DNA of 64,000 nt from Candidatus Uhrbacteria bacterium RIFCSPLOWO2_01_FULL_47_25 (GTDB taxonomy: Bacteria > Patescibacteriota > Patescibacteriia > GWA2-46-9), in assembly GCA_001791325.1 (NCBI GenBank), contig MGEK01000033.1:8370-72369 (forward strand), read 5' to 3'. Below the pieces are notes generated by a model that was not told the origin of the DNA, did no database searches, and worked only from the letters and a program-made list of their open reading frames with translations. Below, piece by piece: positions 57,718 through 64,000 of this stretch. Made by a program: the position numbers and the translations under genes. Each line of letters starts with the position of its first letter. Positions within the stretch are counted from its first letter, which is position 1.

Positions 57718-58209
57718 TTATTGATCAGTGCGTTTCTCTGGCACCGGAGTATCGCCGTGTAGCGCTTGAAACTCAGCGGAGCCAAATTTAGCTTCAGCTT
57801 GAATGCGATCATAAAAGTAATCCACTACCCCTTCTAAACCTTGCTGAGTTTTTCTAGCGCCGGGAGTGAAACCACTGAGAAGGTTACGCAATTTATGACC
57901 TATATTTTGGGGATTAATACTCGTATCAAGTGACTTCACGGCTGCTGTAATTTCTTTGGCCGTTTCACTGTCTGGGTTTGCTTCGACAAAGCGAAGAAGA
58001 ACCTCAAGCTTTGCGATACCTTCGGTTTCGATTAACGGTTGCGTTTGCTCGGAGCCGGGCGGAAACTCGCTGTTAAGTTCGTCAGTGGCAGTCTCCCAGC
58101 GTGCATCAAGATTCTTGCGTTTAGCAGCTGCCTTCATCGCGGCCTTGGTTCGCTCGGCTGGACGGGGCTGTTCTTCCACTTCGGGGGTGTATCCTGGACG
58201 TTCGGGCAT
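57718..58209 (-). CDS. Hypothetical protein
   Basis: 163 aa, predicted helical. No motif. Confidence 0.35.
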   Translation of the reverse strand: MPERPGYTPEVEEQPRPAERTKAAMKAAAKRKNLDARWETATDELNSEFPPGSEQTQPLIETEGIAKLEVLLRFVEANPDSETAKEITAAVKSLDTSINPQNIGHKLRNLLSGFTPGARKTQQGLEGVVDYFYDRIQAEAKFGSAEFQALHGDTPVPEKRTDQ

Positions 58210-58621
58210 AATAGTTAAAGTGAGTGATTAATGGTGCCTATTTTCGGAGGCTGAATAGTATATCCGATAAATAAAAGATACTCCGTTCAACCAATATAGC
58301 AAGGTTATTTCTGTTTCATAAGAGAATATGGCTACAGATTAAGGCTTAAGGTGCGTGATTATATTTTGTTTACCTAATGCTCCTCCACTCGGCTCACTAC
58401 GGCACTGTGGTGAGCCCAGTGGAAGAGGGACGTAGCGAGTGCTTATTGCATACATCCCACTCGAGCAGTGTTTAACGTCACCGCGATTATGACGCCTCGG
58501 GATTGCCCGCCCAAGATTCGGATTTCGCTTACTGTCCGTCGCTATACTGCGAGTCACGAAACATTCTTGCTCGTGGCAAGCCGCTGGGCAAAGAGGCCCT
58601 GGCGGGCGGTTTGGCGTATGT

Positions 58622-58855
58622 CTAGGCCATCTGCGACGGGGTAGCGTCGTCCGACAAGCCAACCAGGAAACGGAAGTGCAGACTGAAGTTGGGATTCAGC
58701 CGAGTTCCCCGCGAAGTCACCGGTGTGGCATTGTAGAAACGTGCATAGTACTCGTTATGCTCTTGCTGGGCAGTTGCACCAGTCGAGCAAACACCGAATA
58801 CCAGCATCCCTACAACCACACGCAATGCCAACGCTCTTTTCCTCATGCTCTTCAT
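58622..58855 (-). CDS. Small secreted protein (signal peptide), hypothetical
   Basis: 77 aa with N-terminal MKSMRKRALALRVVVGMLVFGVCSTGATAQQ. Overlaps an alternative 107-aa ORF (58339..58662), so the call is uncertain. Confidence 0.25.
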   Translation of the reverse strand: MKSMRKRALALRVVVGMLVFGVCSTGATAQQEHNEYYARFYNATPVTSRGTRLNPNFSLHFRFLVGLSDDATPSQMA

Positions 58856-58948
58856 TGATCCTCTCTTTTTATTGGTTGAGGCCGACGTTCGGCGTTGTGT
58901 CTATCACAGCGTCGCGCCGAACCAGTTTTTTAGCTGAACCGTGAAGAC

Positions 58949-59512
58949 TTAGGCGGAGGCAGTTTGCTGGCGCTTTACGAATTTGAGCGCCCTTTGCTCC
59001 CAGATGTTCATCGGATAAGCGAGGCCTCTATTCTTGTGCCAGCGTCGACCTTTCTCCAGTAATAGCCCGGCTGCGAGAAACCCCATTCCGACCATATCCC
59101 ATCCGTTATGGAACAAGGTCATAGCCCCGCCGATTACGAATACGGCGTTAAGCACGAGCCACTCGACTTGCAGGATGCCGTTGTGATATTCGGCCTCGCT
59201 TTCGACATGACGCCGATACGAGATCATCAGTTGCTCCTCCGTCCGCAAAGGAAACGTGTCTGTTCCCCAGCGGGCTAGAAGATAGGCTTGGCCATTCTTT
59301 TCCCCAAATAGCGTTGGGTCACTTCCAGTCTCCCAGTTAAATTCGACCCAGAGCTTATCGTAAGAAGAAGCTACGCGATCGGCCAACTGGTTCACTTCTT
59401 CTGGGAGAAACGACCGGACTTCTCCAACATTACAGTAACGGTTCAGCGCTTGATGCCAGAAGATACGCTCCTCTTTAGAAAGAGGACGTGGTGGATTCAG
59501 TATCGTCGTCAT
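58949..59512 (-). CDS. Hypothetical protein with C-terminal TM helices
   Basis: 187 aa. 4-nt overlap with the upstream gene. Confidence 0.4.
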   Translation of the reverse strand: MTTILNPPRPLSKEERIFWHQALNRYCNVGEVRSFLPEEVNQLADRVASSYDKLWVEFNWETGSDPTLFGEKNGQAYLLARWGTDTFPLRTEEQLMISYRRHVESEAEYHNGILQVEWLVLNAVFVIGGAMTLFHNGWDMVGMGFLAAGLLLEKGRRWHKNRGLAYPMNIWEQRALKFVKRQQTASA

Positions 59513-59823
59513 TTATCCTCCTTCTCTTGATCCTGGTCCCAGTACGCTGGTTGGTGCGCAGGGAAGAAAAAAACAATTCCGTGCGCTGTCAGCCAACGCT
59601 GGCCTCTATGAGCGCGCCAAGTTATTAGCGCACCGCACAGCAGGTGAAGAATTCCGATGGACACTGCAATGCGCGGGTAGACCGTGGGAACGCTTAGGCA
59701 GTAGTTTACGACAAACATCCCGCCGACTAGCAAAAGCAGCCAGCCGATGAAACTACCGAACGAGGCCCACGCGAACGCACAATATTCCTCAGACTCTAGC
59801 TCCCAAATTTTCCGATACTTCAT
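59509..59823 (-). CDS. Hypothetical small membrane protein (2 TM)
   Basis: 104 aa. 4-nt overlaps on both sides. Confidence 0.4.
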   Translation of the reverse strand: MKYRKIWELESEEYCAFAWASFGSFIGWLLLLVGGMFVVNYCLSVPTVYPRIAVSIGILHLLCGALITWRAHRGQRWLTAHGIVFFFPAHQPAYWDQDQEKEDK

Positions 59824-60182
59824 GCTCCTTCTCCCTTCCTGTTGTTACAGAGCATTATCCCAATCACCATACCCATCCCCAAGGACAAGAGCATGAGACG
59901 AACGCAAACAGCCACACCGCTCTCCGGCGCGTTGGCGTTCCATTCTCTCACAGCTCTCGCGTATTCTTCCTCCGAAACCTCGCGGAGATGAGCCGTGACT
60001 GCCTGGTGCACGGTCTGCTCATCCTGATGATTATAGATTGTATTCAGGACGAATACGCCGCCACCTATGCTCGCCACAACGAGCACGATTATGATGATCG
60101 CCCATTTAGACGTCAGTTCGACACCCTTCGTCTGTCGATTTTGTTTCATTTGCATCCTCTCCCTCCGTTTGAGGCCCGGCAA
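59820..60182 (-). CDS. Hypothetical small membrane protein (2 TM)
   Basis: 120 aa. First gene of the minus-strand cluster. Confidence 0.4.
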   Translation of the reverse strand: MPGLKRRERMQMKQNRQTKGVELTSKWAIIIIVLVVASIGGGVFVLNTIYNHQDEQTVHQAVTAHLREVSEEEYARAVREWNANAPESGVAVCVRLMLLSLGMGMVIGIMLCNNRKGEGA

Positions 60183-60385
60183 TCGGTATTGTGTCCATCA
60201 CAACTTCGTGTCAGGCCAGGACGAAGGGAGAGTCTTTGGCTAGATTTTCAGGGAGCATTACAAAACCAGAACAGGCAAGCATAGAGCAATTTTCCAATTT
60301 CGTCAATTGCTTTAATTCTAAATATTATACAAACTCAAAAAACTATTGACTTTATTGTAAAAAAGAGTATAGTTATTATTGAAAT

Positions 60386-61144
60386 ATGGATAAAGAAGAA
60401 GCTGTTAAGAACCAACTCAAAGAGCTCGGCCTCTCAAGATCAGAGGTTGTGGTATACCTCTATCTTCTGCAAAAGGGCCTATCTACCCCGACAAAAGCTG
60501 CTTTTGGTACTGGAATTGCCCGTACAAACTGCTACCACCTACTCCAGGGACTGAAAGACAAGGGTCTCATTGCAGAACAGCTCAATCGGAAACGAAGCGC
60601 CTATCTCGCCCGCGATCCTCAGGCGTTTCGACGCTCCCTCGAACGACGACGCGAAGTCATTGAGAGGCTTCTGCCCGATCTCGAAAATCTTTATACCTCC
60701 CAAAAGTACAAACCAGCCCTTCACTTCTACGATGGGTTTGAGGAGGTAAAGGAGCTCTACTTGCTTCCTTTCTCATCGAACACAACCGCCATGATTGGTC
60801 TTGGCTCAACGGCAAAACTCGATAAACTTGATAGCAAGTTTCACGACCATTGGTACGCGCAATGTAAGAAGCACAAGATTATACTGAAGGATATTCTCAC
60901 GTACACTTCTGGTGAAAAAGCTGCGATGGCCGCGAAGAACATTCAGGGCGATCTCTACGATTATCGGCTACTCCCCGACGATTATAAGAATTTTCCAACT
61001 GATATGCTCGTCTGGAGCGATAGAGTTGCCATCTTCGCGCTACAGGAGCCTATCTTCGGTGCGCTCATTGTGAGTCCCCTCATCGCCGAAACTTTTCGGA
61101 TAATGTTTGACGTGATGTGGAAGGCGTTGCCGCCTATGGATTAG
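60386..61144 (+). CDS. TrmB-family transcriptional regulator
   Basis: N-terminal wHTH LKELGLSRSEVVVYLYLLQKGLSTPTKAAFGTGIARTNCYHLLQGLKDKGLI matches the TrmB HTH. Confidence 0.6.
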   Translation: MDKEEAVKNQLKELGLSRSEVVVYLYLLQKGLSTPTKAAFGTGIARTNCYHLLQGLKDKGLIAEQLNRKRSAYLARDPQAFRRSLERRREVIERLLPDLENLYTSQKYKPALHFYDGFEEVKELYLLPFSSNTTAMIGLGSTAKLDKLDSKFHDHWYAQCKKHKIILKDILTYTSGEKAAMAAKNIQGDLYDYRLLPDDYKNFPTDMLVWSDRVAIFALQEPIFGALIVSPLIAETFRIMFDVMWKALPPMD

Positions 61145-61155
61145 ATTTAATTGCT

Positions 61156-61749
61156 ATGTCAATTTTTAAACCAATAGAATCTTATCGTCGACGTCAAGGG
61201 TATCAACTGGTGGCGGGGCTAGACGAGGTGGGGCGTGGAGCGTGGGCTGGGCCGCTCGTGGCGGCGGCCTTGATACTAAAACCATACGTTAAACTTCCAG
61301 ATTTAAGAGATTCAAAACAAGTCACACCCTTGGCGCGAGCGCGTTGGGCGAAAAGAATTATATCGCGGGCTATTTCTTTCAGTTATGGCTTGGTCAGCGA
61401 GAAGGAAATAGATAAGGTTGGCATCAGTGAAGCCAACAACTTGGCTTTCCGCCGCGCGGTAAGCGGTCTCAAGCCGCAACCTGACTATGTCTTGGCTGAT
61501 TATTTTTCTGTTGAGAACTGTTTTTGTCCAATTGAGGGAGTGAGAGACGGCGACAAATGCGTGCGTGTGATTGCCGCCGCTTCCATAATTGCTAAAGTTT
61601 ATCGCGATGCGATTTTAATTAAGGCCGACCGGCGTTTCCCAGGATATAGTTTTGCCGAACATAAAGGTTATGGCACCGCGGCTCATCGGCGCGTTATTAA
61701 AAAATTGGGATTATCGCCCTATCACCGTAAATCCTTCCACTGTTTATAA
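61156..61749 (+). CDS. rnhB: Ribonuclease HII
   Basis: GLDEVGRGAWAGPLVAAA catalytic DEDD region and DSKQ motif. Confidence 0.8.
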   Translation: MSIFKPIESYRRRQGYQLVAGLDEVGRGAWAGPLVAAALILKPYVKLPDLRDSKQVTPLARARWAKRIISRAISFSYGLVSEKEIDKVGISEANNLAFRRAVSGLKPQPDYVLADYFSVENCFCPIEGVRDGDKCVRVIAAASIIAKVYRDAILIKADRRFPGYSFAEHKGYGTAAHRRVIKKLGLSPYHRKSFHCL

Positions 61750-61755
61750 AAAACT

Positions 61756-61783
61756 ATTCTCATATTCTTAAGAATATGAGAAT
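61756..61783. repeat. Perfect 28-bp palindrome ATTCTCATATTCTTAAGAATATGAGAAT immediately after the rnhB stop
   Basis: Read directly. No U-tract follows. Confidence 0.5.
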
Positions 61784-61906
61784 ACTAGATCAAGCCTGAA
61801 TTATCCTCCATGTCTCCGTCAGGTCACGCCTAGGGTGAGCGCGGAGTAACGGTTGTGTTGAGGATCTCTAGTGGGTCGGATTGCGCTGTTACAAATACCA
61901 TCATAC

Positions 61907-61932
61907 TAGTATACTGGTATAATGGTAGATAT
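61907..61932. repeat. ACTAGT-containing imperfect palindrome (ACCATCATACTAGTATACTGGTATAATGGT)
   Basis: Shares the CATACTAGTATAC core with 48547 and 53551. Confidence 0.4.
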
Positions 61933-62084
61933 GTATGATTATGATATTCTAGGCCTATGTACTAGCATCCAAAAGTGGCTCCCGTCCTGAGTTAATGTTA
62001 TATATTTATTCAGCGTCCTTCTGCCAGAATATCTCCTGGCGAAGAGGATGTTGAATCTGTTGACTATATGATCTTTGCCTCAGA

Positions 62085-63347
62085 TTACAGCCTTGCTTTA
62101 ATAGAGTTTTGCAATCGTTCTAGAGCCAGAATAAAAGCGGCGACGCGCAGGGTTGTTTTATATTTCAGGTGCCGATCCCAAATGGCATCAAAACTTTGGC
62201 GCATAATGGGTTCTAGTTTTTGTAGTACTTCAGCTTCAGTCCAGTAGAGGCCCTGTTTGTTTTGCACCCATTCAAAGTATGAAACCGTTACGCCGCCAGC
62301 GTTGGCCAATATATCCGGCACGACAACTATTTTTCTCCGTCTCAATTTTTCATCGGCTTCTGGCGTGGTTGGGCCATTGGCGAGTTCCAGAACAATCTTG
62401 GCTTTGATACGGCTGACATTTTTGTTGGTAATTTGATGTTCCAGCGCTGCCGGAATAAGAATATCGCAAGGCGTTTCCAGAAGTTTTTCATTGGAAACTG
62501 CTTTGTAGTTTGTGCCGTCGCAAACCGAGCCAATGCAATACATCTCGCCAATCATGCCGCGAGATTTTTTTTGCGCCATCACGTTTTTGGGATCCATGCC
62601 GATTTTTCTCAAATCAACAATGCCGCCGCGTGAATCCGAAAGACCAATAACGCGATAACCCGCGGTATGCATGAGATTCGCCATATGGTATCCTACATTG
62701 CCGAATCCCTGAATGACTACCGCTGTTTTTTTGGGTTGCATTTTTAATTTTTTAGCGAGTTCTTCTATAACATAATATGCCCCTTGACCAGTGGCTGCTT
62801 CTCGGCCAGCCGAGCCGCCTATGGCAATGGGCTTCCCTGTGATGACGGCGGGTGTAGATTGGCCAGCGATCTTACTGTATTCATCCATAATCCAAGCCAT
62901 GATTTTGGGAGTGGTGTTGACGTCTGGCGCGGGCACATCGCGATCCGGACCAAAGACATCTTTCATGGCCCGTGCCAAGGCGCGCGTTAAGCGCTCCAGC
63001 TCTCCGGCTGAAAGTTTTTTAGGATCAACCGTAATGCCGCCCTTAGCGCCGCCCATAGGAATACCTACAACCGCGCACTTCATAGTCATCCATAAGGCGA
63101 GCGCCTTTAATTCATTCAGGTCAACCTTGATGTGATATCTTAAGCCGCCCTTGTAGGGGCCGCGCGCGTTTGAATATTGAACACGATAACCGGTAAAAAT
63201 TTTGAGAGCGCCATTGTCCATACGCACGGGCAGAGACACTTCCACGATTCGGTCAGGATTTTTTAGAATCTCCAGCGTGGTTGAATCAAGCGGCATTGTA
63301 TCAGCCGCGGCTTTAAGTTGCTTAAGAGCGTTTTGGAAAGCGTTCAT
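62085..63347 (-). CDS. gdhA: Glutamate dehydrogenase (Glu/Leu/Phe/Val dehydrogenase family)
   Basis: Catalytic Lys box GIPMGGAKGG and dinucleotide-binding VIQGFGNVG. Confidence 0.85.
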   Translation of the reverse strand: MNAFQNALKQLKAAADTMPLDSTTLEILKNPDRIVEVSLPVRMDNGALKIFTGYRVQYSNARGPYKGGLRYHIKVDLNELKALALWMTMKCAVVGIPMGGAKGGITVDPKKLSAGELERLTRALARAMKDVFGPDRDVPAPDVNTTPKIMAWIMDEYSKIAGQSTPAVITGKPIAIGGSAGREAATGQGAYYVIEELAKKLKMQPKKTAVVIQGFGNVGYHMANLMHTAGYRVIGLSDSRGGIVDLRKIGMDPKNVMAQKKSRGMIGEMYCIGSVCDGTNYKAVSNEKLLETPCDILIPAALEHQITNKNVSRIKAKIVLELANGPTTPEADEKLRRRKIVVVPDILANAGGVTVSYFEWVQNKQGLYWTEAEVLQKLEPIMRQSFDAIWDRHLKYKTTLRVAAFILALERLQNSIKARL

Positions 63348-63389
63348 AGTTGAAAGAATATAGAATATTGAATATGGAATATATGGCCG

Positions 63390-64000
63390 TCAGGGTAGGC
63401 CGATTTTTTGTTTGACTTCAGTGAGGGTCTTTTGGGCGACCCGGCGCGCTTTTTGAGAGCCACTTTTTAAAACCGCCATCAATTTTTTTGGTTGCTTTAT
63501 AAGAGTCACATATTTTTTCTGAAATGGCGCCAAATTTTTGGCAATGTCTTTGGCAAGAGCGGTCTTCAAATTGCTGTATCGTATTGAACCGTCGGCGTGG
63601 GCTTTCTCAAAATGTTTAATTGTCGCGGCATCGCTGAATTCTTTGAGAAGAAGGAAAAGGTTCTTTACTCCCGGACTCATTTCGCCCGGTGTCGGGCTTG
63701 TATCTGTAACGGCGCGGCTAATTTTTTCTGCAATAACCATTGGCGAGTCTTCAAGGAAAATGCAGCCGCCTGGCCATGATTTACTCATTTTTTTTAGCGG
63801 GTCATTAAAACTCATAAGACGCGGCACCGTTGTGTAGCGGGGCCGCGGCTCCGGAAATGTTTCGCCGAAGCGACGGTTGAATCGCCGGGCAATCATTCTA
63901 GTAAACTCCAGATGCTGTGTTTGGTCCTCGCCAATGGGAACGATCAGTGGTTTATAGAGCAGTATATCCGCGGCCTGAAGAATCGGGTATATGAATAAAC
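63390..64000 (-). CDS. trpS: Tryptophanyl-tRNA synthetase (N-terminus beyond the window end)
   Basis: KMSKS motif. Extending the ORF past the track Met gives …QAADILLYKPLIVPIGEDQTQHLEFTRMIARRFN, the classic TrpS signature. Confidence 0.8.
   Translation of the reverse strand, partial: LFIYPILQAADILLYKPLIVPIGEDQTQHLEFTRMIARRFNRRFGETFPEPRPRYTTVPRLMSFNDPLKKMSKSWPGGCIFLEDSPMVIAEKISRAVTDTSPTPGEMSPGVKNLFLLLKEFSDAATIKHFEKAHADGSIRYSNLKTALAKDIAKNLAPFQKKYVTLIKQPKKLMAVLKSGSQKARRVAQKTLTEVKQKIGLP

Noticed and set aside
58339-58662. 107-aa minus-strand ORF overlapping the 77-aa signal-peptide ORF
   Set aside because: Pro/Arg/Cys-rich low-complexity translation with no RBS. The overlapping 77-aa ORF with a signal peptide is marginally more plausible, but both are weak.
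48547-61932. ACTAGT-centred hairpins as canonical rho-independent terminators
   Set aside because: None is followed by a U-run on either strand, and one lies between divergent gene starts. Kept as a motif family of unknown role.
1-64000. CRISPR array, integrase, transposase or recognisable restriction-modification genes
   Set aside because: No direct-repeat/spacer array and no tyrosine/serine recombinase or DDE motifs were recognised on either strand. The mobile-looking repeats are non-autonomous.

Overview
The window looks like the replication-origin neighbourhood of a small, low-GC (~40-45%) bacterial genome, plausibly a CPR/Patescibacteria-type organism (inference from gene content only). 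The core block is ftsH, rpsA, a class A PBP, dnaN, dnaA, then divergently rpmH-rnpA-yidD-yidC. Downstream are housekeeping genes: glycerate kinase, PEP synthase, a 2-hydroxyacid dehydrogenase, enolase, ABC transporter, Hsp20, VanW, a Wzx-like flippase with an O-antigen-ligase-like protein, pyrD, tsaA, agmatinase, a DEAD-box helicase, two thioredoxins, TrmB regulator, rnhB, gdhA and a partial trpS. I found five tRNAs by eye (Arg-CCT, Ala-CGC, Ala-GGC, Ser-CGA, plus a 5' tRNA-Ala-like fragment). One small gene missing from the ORF track is rpmH at 9015..9155. Features not explained by ordinary annotation: (1) a four-copy family of ~100-140 bp MITE-like elements with CCCCGTTAGAAGTCT-type terminal inverted repeats; three copies abut or overlap start or stop codons of genes. 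(2) Recurrent perfect palindromes centred on ACTAGT in intergenic regions. (3) Several compositionally foreign high-GC genes: a Myxococcus-type Cys-rich-repeat secreted protein, and a 903-aa Thr-rich dockerin-like plus ILEI/FAM3-like secreted protein. (4) A high-GC module of a stand-alone PEP-utilising phosphohistidine domain protein, an unknown 364-aa protein and a histidine phosphatase, next to a convergent five-gene operon of unknown small, partly membrane proteins. (5) An AT-rich island at tRNA-Ser carrying a trypsin-like protease, an HhH-GPD glycosylase-like protein and membrane proteins. (6) Two ~80%-identical paralogous genes, each downstream of a different tRNA-Ala gene. (7) A frameshifted pgeF/yfiH. 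No CRISPR array, integrase or transposase gene was seen. All functional calls rest on motif recognition by eye, with no database search.
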